IMG/VR virus record: IMGVR_UViG_3300025133_000036
Location: 1-64,000 of that record
Length of the DNA stretch: 64,000 nucleotides
From: a virus
Direction: 5' to 3' (one strand)
Position numbers and translations under genes: made by a program. The notes beneath the pieces were generated by a model. It did no database searches, was not told the DNA's origin, and saw only the letters and a program-made list of their open reading frames with translations. Positions 1 through 9,600 of the stretch are shown piece by piece; the first letter of the stretch is position 1; the number at the start of each line of letters is the position of its first letter.

Positions 1-99
1 ACGACTTATATATTAGCATCATATGGTAACATAGCTGAATATAAAAAATTACAAAAAGCTTTTAAATTAGTTGATAAATGGTACAAGGATTGGAAATGA
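1..99 (+). CDS. 3' end of a hypothetical protein (truncated by the window)
   Basis: Frame 1 is open from base 1 (TTYILASYGNIAEYKKLQKAFKLVDKWYKDWK) to TGA at 97-99, which overlaps the next ATG (ATGA coupling). Confidence 0.7.
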   Translation, partial: TTYILASYGNIAEYKKLQKAFKLVDKWYKDWK

Positions 100-377
100 T
101 TAAATTAAAAGATTTATTAAAAGAAAGTATTGGCGGTATAGTTTCTATCGGCGCATTAAACAACCCTTTTCCTATCCGGAAACAAATAAAAGAGTATCGT
201 ATACAAAAAGCTGAAGATATTAAAGCTGACCCTAGAATTTGGAAAACTTTAAAATATGAATTACAAAAACAATTTTATGAATTAGAAAAGATTGGTCCAG
301 ATTTTGGTGTATTTCAAAGTGCTCAAGGTACTCACAAGATTTTAAAACAAATTAAAAAGTTAATACACAAACTATAA
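96..377 (+). CDS. Small protein with MIKLKDLLKE leader; putative internal head protein
   Basis: Start moved from 78 to ATG 96, which is coupled to the upstream stop and matches the start of the paralogous leader at 392. The body has no recognisable family. Confidence 0.75.
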   Translation: MIKLKDLLKESIGGIVSIGALNNPFPIRKQIKEYRIQKAEDIKADPRIWKTLKYELQKQFYELEKIGPDFGVFQSAQGTHKILKQIKKLIHKL

Positions 378-478
378 GGCGGATAATTAAAATGATTAAA
401 TTAAAAGATTTACTAAAAGAAAGTATTGGCGGTATAGTTTCTATCGGCGCATTAAACAACCCTTTTCCTATCCGGAAA
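96..478 (+). repeat. 87-bp direct repeat (96-182 and 392-478) encoding the shared 29-aa leader
   Basis: Both copies read atgattaaattaaaagattta(t/c)taaaagaaagtattggcggt...cctatccggaaa with one synonymous mismatch; the downstream sequences are unrelated. Confidence 0.95.
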
Positions 479-730
479 GAAAAAATCAATGAATATATTG
501 ATTTATCTGATCCAGTAAATGAGGTAAGAGATCACTTGGAAAAATTTTCTAAAGCATTAGATCAAAAAGCCGGCGGTTCATTCGATGGCGATGCAGGCGA
601 ATATCATGGTTTTGAGGGTGGAGATAATAAACTCTATGCAAAGCGACATAAACAATTATCTCATTGGGAAACTAAAGTAAATGCAACTTTGATTCGATTG
701 TTAAAAGATTATGAAAAGGCGTGGAAGTAA
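392..730 (+). CDS. Small protein with MIKLKDLLKE leader; putative internal head protein
   Basis: 112-aa ORF; first 29 aa identical to the 96-377 product; also contains internal INE and VNE motifs. Confidence 0.8.
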   Translation: MIKLKDLLKESIGGIVSIGALNNPFPIRKEKINEYIDLSDPVNEVRDHLEKFSKALDQKAGGSFDGDAGEYHGFEGGDNKLYAKRHKQLSHWETKVNATLIRLLKDYEKAWK

Positions 731-966
731 TGATTAAATTGAAAAAGTTAATAACTGAACGGGTTGAAGGTGGAAACATTCATGCAATGACACAAAAGGA
801 ACTTGACAGAGGAATTAAAAAAGCTATGAAAATAATCATGACAGGAAAAGTTCCATCATTTGATATCATCAATGGCCACTCCGGTGAAATGATTTCTTGG
901 AAAGAAGGACAAGAGTATCACTGGCAACCGAGCGGTATCATGTATGCCCGTAGAGAGCTAAAGTAA
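730..966 (+). CDS. Small protein with MIKLKKLITE leader
   Basis: TAATG coupling puts the start at 730 rather than 721; leader of the same type as its neighbours. Confidence 0.75.
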   Translation: MIKLKKLITERVEGGNIHAMTQKELDRGIKKAMKIIMTGKVPSFDIINGHSGEMISWKEGQEYHWQPSGIMYARRELK

Positions 967-1365
967 ATGATTAAACTGAAAGCTTTATTATTTGAACAGC
1001 TAACTGACAATGATATTAAAGTTGGTGATGCTTATCATGTAACATCCCATGTTGGGCTTATGGTTCAATTCGTATATGAAAAGGAACGAAGAGGTGGAGC
1101 AATCATGATTGAATATCAATTTAAGCCACAGTATGGAGACCCAGGATTTATGTCAGTTGGTACAGGCCCTGCTGAAAGTGTTGATAACTGGGGAAGGGCT
1201 AAAAAGATTAAGGTTACTTCTAAGATGAAAAAGATAATGATAAAAACTTTAAAAGATGCTATTGATAGTAAATACAATGGCTCTGAAGAAACAGATGTTT
1301 TATTAAGAAATAAAGGCATGGTTGGCTCACTATACGCAGTATTAAGTTGGGCTAAGAGGCTTTAG
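967..1365 (+). CDS. Small protein with MIKLKALLFE leader
   Basis: 132-aa ORF abutting the previous stop; same leader type. Confidence 0.8.
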   Translation: MIKLKALLFEQLTDNDIKVGDAYHVTSHVGLMVQFVYEKERRGGAIMIEYQFKPQYGDPGFMSVGTGPAESVDNWGRAKKIKVTSKMKKIMIKTLKDAIDSKYNGSEETDVLLRNKGMVGSLYAVLSWAKRL

Positions 1366-1375
1366 GAGAATAGTT

Positions 1376-1801
1376 ATGAGTATATTAGCAGTCGCAGGAA
1401 AAGCAATAGGTGGTTTACTTGGAGGTGATACATTACCTGCAGTTGGCAAAATTATAGACAACCTACACACTTCAGGCGAAGAAAAATTAGCAGCTAAGCA
1501 AGCATTAGAAGAAGTATTAATTAAGGCTGAGCAAGCGGCTCAAGCTCAAGTATCCGCTCGTTGGGAAGCTGATATGAAACATGGTAGTTGGTTGAGTAAA
1601 AACATTCGTCCACTTACCTTAATTTTTTTAACTGCAGTATTTACTGTATTGAGTATTTTTGATGGCAATTTACAAATAGCCGGCGAGGACTTTACGATCG
1701 GTGCAGCATATGTACCCGTTTATCAAACACTATTGATGACAGTATATGCGGCTTATTTCGCTGGTAGATCAATTGAAAAAGTTAAGAAGGTAACCAAATA
1801 G
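1376..1801 (+). CDS. Putative holin (GTA-type 3TM holin family)
   Basis: IIDNLHTSGEEK N-terminus, RWEADM..SWLSKNIRP motif, two hydrophobic segments, YFAGRSIEK basic tail; AGGAG SD upstream. Confidence 0.75.
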   Translation: MSILAVAGKAIGGLLGGDTLPAVGKIIDNLHTSGEEKLAAKQALEEVLIKAEQAAQAQVSARWEADMKHGSWLSKNIRPLTLIFLTAVFTVLSIFDGNLQIAGEDFTIGAAYVPVYQTLLMTVYAAYFAGRSIEKVKKVTK

Positions 1802-1832
1802 AATATTGGTCCGAATAAAGCATTGGCACTTA

Positions 1833-1841
1833 ATATTTATA
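1833..1841 (+). promoter_or_regulatory. ATATTTATA putative late-promoter motif
   Basis: Same motif recurs in most sizeable intergenic gaps (10036, 33181, 37123, 39974; variants at 45330, 58601). Confidence 0.55.
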
Positions 1842-1863
1842 CAAAATAAAATGGGATGTAAAC

Positions 1864-3720
1864 ATGGGATACTATAGCGAAGCAATCGTTAAACACATTG
1901 TAACACACCTTGCAAGTGAAGGCAAAGAAGAATACCAAAAATTCTTTAGAACGGCTTTAGATAAATTCGGTGTAGATTCACCCGCAGAATTAGACTCTGA
2001 CAAGAAAAGGGAATTTTTCAATTATATTGATAGCGGTTATACGGCTAAAAATGAATCGACTTCTAGTTATGAAAAGTCACTTAAAAAAATAGCACATGAT
2101 AAGACGCTAAAAATGCTTTCTAAAAAAGATAAGGAAACACTTGTTAAAATAGCTAAACTGATGAAAAGCGCTAACGAGCAAAAAATTGATATAACTCCAA
2201 CTTTAGAATCTAATAAGTTTGGAAAATGGTTAGAAGATTGTGCTAGTGGGTATCAAGATGAAGACGAAGAGACCGAAGTAGATACAGAAGGTTTAGATCC
2301 AGTTGGTAAAGAAGATGATGACGTTGATAATGATGGAGATAGTGATGAAAGTGATGAGTATTTGAAAAATCGTAGAGATGCTGTGACGAAAGCTATTGGC
2401 GAAGCATCTGGAGATTATGGATGGGATCAACAATTTGATGGATCAATGTCTCCACCGAACATTAGACAAGATATACACAGTGCACTATTAAAGGCGGATA
2501 TTAAAGTTAAAAAAATTGTACAAATGAAGCAAGATAAAATTGCTAAAGATGAAATCGGTTTTTTCTTTCATGTAAAAACTGCTAGTGGACGAACAGATGT
2601 AATGCCTTTTTATATTGATACAAAAGGTAAAGTTAATTTAGGTGTATCGTCTAAAGATTGGATTATTGGAAGTGTTAAAGGTAGTTCTTCAAAAATGATA
2701 AAAAATTTAATAGATTATAAAAAGAACGATTTGGCGAATGAAGGACTTGATGAAAACGGTATTCTTTATAAAGCCGGTGTAAAAAAATATGGCAAAGAAG
2801 GAATGGCTAAAATATTAAGTGCTGCTGGTAAGGATTTAGGACACGAAGAAATAGGTAAAATTAAGGACAAATATGAAAAAGATGAATCCGTAAGTGAGGG
2901 AAGACTAAGTTCTAAAATTAAAAAAGCAATAATGATAGCAATACAGATGAGTGGTAATATGACTGGTGCAGTTGATAAGATTGAAAAACTTGCCAAAGGA
3001 TTGTCTGATGATGATAAAGTTGCAGCTGCTTTAAAAATGGCAAATGAAGCTAAAATTAGTGTAGAGCCTAATTGGGAAGGAATGTGGAGATTTTTTAAGC
3101 ACATGGCAAAAACTAATGTAGGTGCTTGGTATAAAATACAGCGTGCTATGGGAAATGAGTGGACCAAACTGGACAAAATGGCATCTAAAAAAGGCTGGGT
3201 AGCAGAATCTGTGAATGAGGGTAAAAAGATTAAAGTTGGTCAACGGTTTAATGCAAATGGTATAACTTGGGAAGTTATTAAAGTTGGTCCTACATCATCT
3301 AGAGCAAAAGCAATTACAAAAAATAAACAATTTGATCCTCATAAAATTTTTGATAATAAAATTATTATAAAACAAATAGAATCCGTAAATGAAGACTCTG
3401 AGTTTACAATGAAAATTGATTCTTATCAAAATGCACTGAAAGCATTAGACAAATATGTTGATGTGTTAAAAAAATTAGGATTAAAGAAAAAATCTATGGC
3501 GGCTTTAAAACTATTAAAAAATTTACAAAAGATAATGTTTCAAAAAGAAGTAACAGAAGTATCTAGTCCATTAGTACATAAGTTAACACATGCTATTGGA
3601 GATGTAGAAGATCTACTTGATGCTACTGAATCGGAAGAAGCTAATGATGCATTTAGTAAACTCAAGCCTTCTAAAAAAGCATTGATAGCGTCTCTTAAAC
3701 TCTTAAACAAGGTGAAATAA
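1864..3720 (+). CDS. Modular hypothetical protein, probable internal head polyprotein
   Basis: 618 aa made of short unrelated segments separated by xNE/xSE/xTE motifs (AKNE, SANE, LANE, SVSE, MANE, ESVNE twice, EVTE); includes a DPVGKEDDDVDNDGDSDESDEYLKNRR module. Confidence 0.7.
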   Translation: MGYYSEAIVKHIVTHLASEGKEEYQKFFRTALDKFGVDSPAELDSDKKREFFNYIDSGYTAKNESTSSYEKSLKKIAHDKTLKMLSKKDKETLVKIAKLMKSANEQKIDITPTLESNKFGKWLEDCASGYQDEDEETEVDTEGLDPVGKEDDDVDNDGDSDESDEYLKNRRDAVTKAIGEASGDYGWDQQFDGSMSPPNIRQDIHSALLKADIKVKKIVQMKQDKIAKDEIGFFFHVKTASGRTDVMPFYIDTKGKVNLGVSSKDWIIGSVKGSSSKMIKNLIDYKKNDLANEGLDENGILYKAGVKKYGKEGMAKILSAAGKDLGHEEIGKIKDKYEKDESVSEGRLSSKIKKAIMIAIQMSGNMTGAVDKIEKLAKGLSDDDKVAAALKMANEAKISVEPNWEGMWRFFKHMAKTNVGAWYKIQRAMGNEWTKLDKMASKKGWVAESVNEGKKIKVGQRFNANGITWEVIKVGPTSSRAKAITKNKQFDPHKIFDNKIIIKQIESVNEDSEFTMKIDSYQNALKALDKYVDVLKKLGLKKKSMAALKLLKNLQKIMFQKEVTEVSSPLVHKLTHAIGDVEDLLDATESEEANDAFSKLKPSKKALIASLKLLNKVK

Positions 3721-3721
3721 C

Positions 3722-3916
3722 ATGAAAAACATATTAAAAATGATTTTGTCCAGTATAATTTTCTTTGGTGCTGTACCTACAGCTCGCGGCAATGACAGCA
3801 TGGCTAATGCTGGGATGGAAGAAATTAAGAAGAAAAAGAAAAAAGGAAAGAAGAAGATATCAAAAGGTAAAAAGAAGAAAAAAGGATTCTTTTCTAAATT
3901 TATTGGGAGTAAATAA
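3722..3916 (+). CDS. Signal-peptide-bearing, very lysine-rich small protein
   Basis: Basic/hydrophobic N-terminus (MKNILKMILSSIIFFGAVPTARG), poly-Lys body, amphipathic end KKGFFSKFIGSK; tightly packed between neighbours. Confidence 0.65.
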   Translation: MKNILKMILSSIIFFGAVPTARGNDSMANAGMEEIKKKKKKGKKKISKGKKKKKGFFSKFIGSK

Positions 3917-3918
3917 TC

Positions 3919-4032
3919 ATGGTGTTCATAAAGAAACATCTTGATAAAATTTGGGGATTTGGAATTGGATTTGTGGTTGGATTTATGATCGCAGGCTGGG
4001 CATCAAGTGCTGGCGTATTAACAGGCTTCTAA
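3919..4032 (+). CDS. 37-aa single-pass membrane peptide (not in ORF track)
   Basis: MVFIKKHLDKIWGFGIGFVVGFMIAGWASSAGVLTGF; GGGAG upstream; fills the gap between 3916 and 4034 almost exactly. Confidence 0.6.
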   Translation: MVFIKKHLDKIWGFGIGFVVGFMIAGWASSAGVLTGF

Positions 4033-4033
4033 A

Positions 4034-4327
4034 ATGAATAACCCTATAGCAAAATTTGTACAATGGCAATTAAGTTCGGGACAATTAGACCATTGGACTT
4101 CCTATCACATAGCAGCCGGGTTATTTATAGCCAAGATTGCACAGTGGTTAGGATGTTCTGATTTGTGGGCTGTCTTATGGGTTGCAATAATTGGTGTTGC
4201 TTGGGAAATCTTTGAAGTCTACGTAGAAGGAACTGAAGAAACCTACGGAACGAAAAAGAAATGGGCTTATAACACTGGTGCTGACTTACTTGTAGAAATA
4301 GGAGCGGCCTGGTGGATGGTAGCTTAA
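4034..4327 (+). CDS. Small integral membrane protein, VanZ/DUF2238-like pattern
   Basis: Hydrophobic helices carrying DHWTSYH, WEIFE and NTGAD polar motifs. Confidence 0.55.
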   Translation: MNNPIAKFVQWQLSSGQLDHWTSYHIAAGLFIAKIAQWLGCSDLWAVLWVAIIGVAWEIFEVYVEGTEETYGTKKKWAYNTGADLLVEIGAAWWMVA

Positions 4328-5172
4328 AAACGTATAAGCATTTTAGAAAGTATACAGATAATGAAATTTCATCTGAGCAAGATGAGTATTTCGACAATGA
4401 TCACACAAAAAAAATTGTACCTGGACTTTTCAAAGATAAAGACGATTTAACTCGCTGGATTAAAGACTCTAAGTTAGAGCTGCTGGATGGTGAAGAGATC
4501 TCAAAAATGTACAATTCAGATGCTGGTGAAGTCTTATCACAGGAGACTCCGTCTCAGAAGCTTAAGACTGCCGCTAAGCTTGCGAAACATTACGGCAAAG
4601 ACTACCTAAGCCTATTGCAGGCTTTCAAAAATAATTGGAAACTTCCTCCACCTTTAATCATTCGAGATAAGAGTAATCAATTATATTTGATGGCAGGTAA
4701 TACAAGAATGATGATCGCGTTAGCATTAGGTTATAATATGCCAGTTAAAATAGTAAAATATGGTCAAGAATTAAAGACTGAAGGTATTGACACAGGTAAG
4801 GATGTACTTATCAATATCGCTAAGTGGATTGTAAAAAAGCATGGCTTGCGGTCAAAGGTAAGGTTCAGTCGGTCGACCGCCACCCGCGGGAATTATCTTT
4901 GGGTAGAGGATATTATAATGGTGGAGAACAATCCAAAGAATATGTTAGATTTTATTGAAACTGTATTGCATGAAGTTGATCATGCGTTGATGAGAAAAAA
5001 GATGGGTGCTGTGAAATATGAAGAGGTTTATACTATTGGAGGTCAACGAGCAGTTAATAAGGGTAAAGACTTTCACGATGATAACCCCTTAGAAATACAA
5101 GCAGAAAAATACGCAAAGAAGAACGCTAAAAATTGGCTAAAAAAAATAAAAATAACTGATTTTACAACATAA
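4312..5172 (+). CDS. Two-domain protein: ParB/sulfiredoxin-like domain plus HExxH zincin-like metallopeptidase
   Basis: PPPLIIRD...YLMAGNTRMM (ParB-like); VLHEVDHAL...DNPLEIQAEKYA (HExxH plus downstream Glu). Start codon uncertain. Confidence 0.6.
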   Translation: MDGSLKTYKHFRKYTDNEISSEQDEYFDNDHTKKIVPGLFKDKDDLTRWIKDSKLELLDGEEISKMYNSDAGEVLSQETPSQKLKTAAKLAKHYGKDYLSLLQAFKNNWKLPPPLIIRDKSNQLYLMAGNTRMMIALALGYNMPVKIVKYGQELKTEGIDTGKDVLINIAKWIVKKHGLRSKVRFSRSTATRGNYLWVEDIIMVENNPKNMLDFIETVLHEVDHALMRKKMGAVKYEEVYTIGGQRAVNKGKDFHDDNPLEIQAEKYAKKNAKNWLKKIKITDFTT

Positions 5173-5356
5173 GCCTTATATATATTAATAGAACCATGCA
5201 TGGAGTTTTAGTTCGATTGTTATAAAAAATCGTTAACACCTAATATTGTCACTGATATAAGTGTCTCTGATGGAAATTTATAACAAAGAAAGCTCAAAGC
5301 TAAAGAGCTTAGAAAACTTAAACTTAATCATATCAATCTTAAAAAGGTAAATTAAT

Positions 5357-5719
5357 TTGAAACCTAAAAGCAGTAAAGCAAAAGGTAGAAGATTACAAAA
5401 TAAAGTAGTTGAACTTCTAACAGAGAAATTCAATAAGGTTTTAGAAAATGGTGATTTTAAACCAGCTATTATGGGTGAATCCGGTATGGACGTTAAATTA
5501 TCTCCAGCCGCTAAGAAAATATTTCCCTGGGCTGTCGAATGTAAAAATCAAGAGTCAATATCCATATGGAAATGTTTAAAACAGGCAGAAGATGCTGCTG
5601 ATGATGAAAAGTTAAAACCTCTATTAATTTATAAACGTAATAGGTCTGATACCTATGTTTCATTAAAACTAAAGGATTTTTTAGAGTTACTGGATGGAGA
5701 AAAGAGAACGAATACTTGA
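5357..5719 (+). CDS. Holliday junction resolvase (PD-(D/E)xK nuclease)
   Basis: KAKGRRLQ, MGESGMDV, FPWAVECKNQE, PLLIYKRNRS motifs; TTG start. Confidence 0.8.
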   Translation: MKPKSSKAKGRRLQNKVVELLTEKFNKVLENGDFKPAIMGESGMDVKLSPAAKKIFPWAVECKNQESISIWKCLKQAEDAADDEKLKPLLIYKRNRSDTYVSLKLKDFLELLDGEKRTNT

Positions 5720-6620
5720 TCTACTAAACTCTGTATTTGATAAGAGTGGGAGAGTCCACCGAGGACCGGAACTTACATTTTATTGTCCGTTCTGTTCGCA
5801 TCATAAACGCAAGTTAAGAGTTAACGTTGATACTCAGCAATGGCATTGTTGGGTTTGTGATGCAAAGGGTCGATACATTACTAATCTTGTAAAAAAGTTC
5901 AAGCCCAACCCGGGTATCTATTCAGAACTTAAATCAATATATAAGAATAATTTTGAATCATATACTGCTAAGTCACAAGATCAATTTGTAAAATTACCTT
6001 CAGAATTCCAACCTCTAATAAAGCACTCTGAGGGTATCACACACGGTCATGCGATGAAATATCTAGGCGCACGAAACATTTCAAGGAATGATATCATAAA
6101 ATATAATATCGGTTATTGCGTAGACGGTACCTATGCCGGCAGAATTATTGTACCGTCATATGATGCTACCGGTAAATTAAACTATTTTATTGCCAGATCA
6201 ATGTATCCAGGTAAAATGAAATACAAAAATCCACCTGTTTCTAAAAATGTGATTGTTTTTGAACTGTTTATAAATTGGGCTGAACCATTAATATTGTGCG
6301 AAGGTGTTTTTGATGCCATGGCCATCAAACGCAATGCAGTACCGTTATTAGGTAAAACTGTAACGGAAGATTTACTACGAAAGTTAATACACAATAAAGT
6401 GCCAGAAGTTAAGTTAGCACTAGATCCAGATGCTTTAGCAACATCCATCAAAATATCTCAAACACTAATGAATTATGGGATAAACGTTTCTAGGCTCATA
6501 CTCACAGATGGAGATCCATCAGAAATAGGTTTTGAAAAAATGCAAAATGAAATCAACAATGCAATACCAGTTAATTCATATGAACTAATATTGCAAAAAA
6601 TAACCTCAGGAAGTTTATGA
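5694..6620 (+). CDS. DNA primase (zinc finger plus TOPRIM)
   Basis: CPFC...HCWVC zinc-binding domain; ILCEGVFDA and LALDPDA TOPRIM motifs; KYKNP. Confidence 0.88.
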   Translation: MEKRERILDLLNSVFDKSGRVHRGPELTFYCPFCSHHKRKLRVNVDTQQWHCWVCDAKGRYITNLVKKFKPNPGIYSELKSIYKNNFESYTAKSQDQFVKLPSEFQPLIKHSEGITHGHAMKYLGARNISRNDIIKYNIGYCVDGTYAGRIIVPSYDATGKLNYFIARSMYPGKMKYKNPPVSKNVIVFELFINWAEPLILCEGVFDAMAIKRNAVPLLGKTVTEDLLRKLIHNKVPEVKLALDPDALATSIKISQTLMNYGINVSRLILTDGDPSEIGFEKMQNEINNAIPVNSYELILQKITSGSL

Positions 6621-9600
6621 TAATTAATACTAAATTCGATACTCTGAAAAAAATATATCACATATCCGATATCCAAATAAGAAATCTTAAACGTCACAAA
6701 GAATATGAACAAGTCTTTGAAGGTTTATATAAATACATGAGACAGGACCCGGAAAACTCAATTTGCTACATCGGTGGAGATATCGCTCACAGTAAAACGG
6801 ATATGTCACCGGAACTTATAGATCAGCTATCTAGACTGTTCGTTAATTTGGCTGATATATGTCCAACACTAATTATTGCGGGTAATCATGACTGTAATTT
6901 AAATAATCGTTCTAGATTAGACGTATTAACACCAATTGTAAATAACTTAAACCATCCTGATTTGCATTATTTAAAGGATACTGGAATTTATTATGTAGGC
7001 GGTGTAGGTTTTGCAGTGTTAGATGTTTGGGACGATGATGTTAAAAGTATTCCTAACCCAAAAGATATTAAATCAGATACTAAAGTATTGTTATACCATG
7101 GAACAGTCGACAAAGCAGAAACAGATTTGGGTTTTGCTTTACCTTCAGAAGTAAAAACGAAACACTTCAACGGTTATGACATGGTATTACTTGGCGATAT
7201 ACACAAATTTCAAACGTTACAAGAATATAAACCTGGTAAGACAACAAAACCGATAATACGTTACTGCGGGTCATTAGTACAACAGAACCACGGAGAAACG
7301 TTATTAGGCCACGGGGTTTCAGTTTGGGATATCAAAACAAGATCTTTTAAACACGAAGAAATACCAAATGAATACGGTTATTACACGATTGATATTGAAA
7401 ACGGTTTAGTACCAAATGTGAATGATCTACCTAAAAAAGCCAGATTAAGGGTCAGAGTTAAAAACACTAGTAACACGGACTTAAAGAAAGCTTTAACGAT
7501 AATAAAACATCGGCATAATATTGCTGAAACGTCAATTATACGAATGGACAATCTTAAGGTTAAAAATGCAGGAACAGAATTAGAGTTTGGTGATATTGGT
7601 GATCCTGACGTGCAATATAAATTAATTGTTGACTATATAAGCGATATTAAAAGTGTTAAAGCGAAAACATTAGATGAAATAAAAACTATCCACAAAGAGT
7701 TGAGCTCAGGGATTACTACAAATAATATTGCTCTGAGAAATATAAATTGGAAACTTAAGCATTTTGAATTTTCGAATATGTTTGCTTATGGTGAAAATAA
7801 TTCAATTGATTTCGAAAGATGCAATGGCGTCGTAGGATTATTCAGCCCAAACACTAGCGGCAAATCTAGTGTATTAGACGCTTTATCGTTTTGCTTGTTT
7901 GACAAATCTTCTAGGGCATATCTTGCCAACCATATCATGAACCACTCTAAGAATAATTTTTATTGTAAAGCAACGTTTACTATTGCTAATGATGAATATA
8001 CTATTGAACGAACCGGTTATATTGGTAGGAAAGGTAATGTTAAAGTCGATGTTGATTTTTGTAAATTAAATGCTAGCGGTAAAAAAGTTTCACTTAATGG
8101 CGATCAAAGAAATACAACTAATAAAAATATTCGAGCCCTTATTGGAACATACGAGGATTTTATTCTTACAAGCTTTTCTTCACAAACAAACAATTCAGTG
8201 TTCTTGGATTGCAATCAAACTGAAAAGAAAGATATTCTAGCACGATTTTTAGGTCTTGGGGTTTTTGATCAATTATATGATCTTGCACAAAAAGAGTCAA
8301 GCGGTCTTCACTCAATGTTAAAAAACTTTATGGATGTAGATTATGATCAACAAATTGCGGATATAGAGGATGAACTTTCAACTATACAAAAAACTAGAAA
8401 TGAAATAGATACAAAGCATTCCAAAAAAGAAAATCAAGTAAATGCTTACGACGAAAAACTTATAAGCACTGTGAAGGAACTTAGGCCTATTGATTCTAGC
8501 ATTGAACCTATTGACGATTTACAATTGAAATTAAAAACAATTGATACTACAATAATGGTCCACCAGGAAAAGAAAAACACTCTAGAAACAACTTTGTTAG
8601 ATCAATCCGAAAAAGTTGATATATTGTCGAACAGGTTAAAGTCGTCAAAGTTTAAAAAAATTAGGACCAAAAAAGCGGAATATGATACACTATCAGAACA
8701 ACGTATAACTGCCAAGATTAATATCGACAAATTAAAAATAGAAGTTAGAAATAAACTTGATAAGATCGATAAACTCGGTAATTTAGAACATGATCCTGAT
8801 TGCGAGTATTGCATGTCAAATCCATTTACTTTAGACGCCATTCGTACAAAAGATCAATTGGAAGACGATAAACAAAAATCTTCTACAGTACTGAAACAAT
8901 TAAAAACAATTGAAAATGAACTTTTTATACACAAAGAAGTGCCGGAATTCTTCACAGATTTCAAAGCGTTAACAGATGAAGAACTAGTTTCAACTGGATG
9001 TGTTGCCAATACTAAAACTCTTATAAAAACCCGATCAGATGCAATCGATACTGCATTAATGGAAAAAAAGTATCTTCAAGAAAATATACGACGAAGTAGA
9101 AAGTACCAAAAAGACATTAAGCATAATGATAAAATTCAAGATATGCTTGATGACTTAAAGTCTAAGCAAAATATTGTTAAAGTAGAATTACGTGCACTTG
9201 GACAAGATTTACATCACTATACTGGAAAAAAAGTTGGACTTGAAGCAAAGAAACAAGAGATTGTAGATACGATTGAAAAAGTAAAAGAATTAGAAGCAAA
9301 ATATGAGGCATATAAACTTTATTTGCTTGCTACAAATAAAAATGGTGTTTCTTATAATTTAATTTCAAAAATACTATCTACTGTTGAAAGTGAAGTAAAC
9401 GAAATACTGACTCAAATTGTCGACTTTAGCCTTGTATTTGAAATGGACGGAAAAAGTATCAACGCGTATATTTGTTATGACGATGATAAATCATGGCCGC
9501 TTGATTTAGCTTCAGGTATGGAAAGGTTTATTGCATCCCTAGCTATCAGAATTGCATTAACCAATGTATCTAATTTACCTCGCACAAACTTTATAGCAAT

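Noticed and set aside
96-478. 87-bp repeat as a CRISPR array or attachment site
   Set aside because: Only two copies, too long, in frame at gene starts; no cas or integrase gene in the window.
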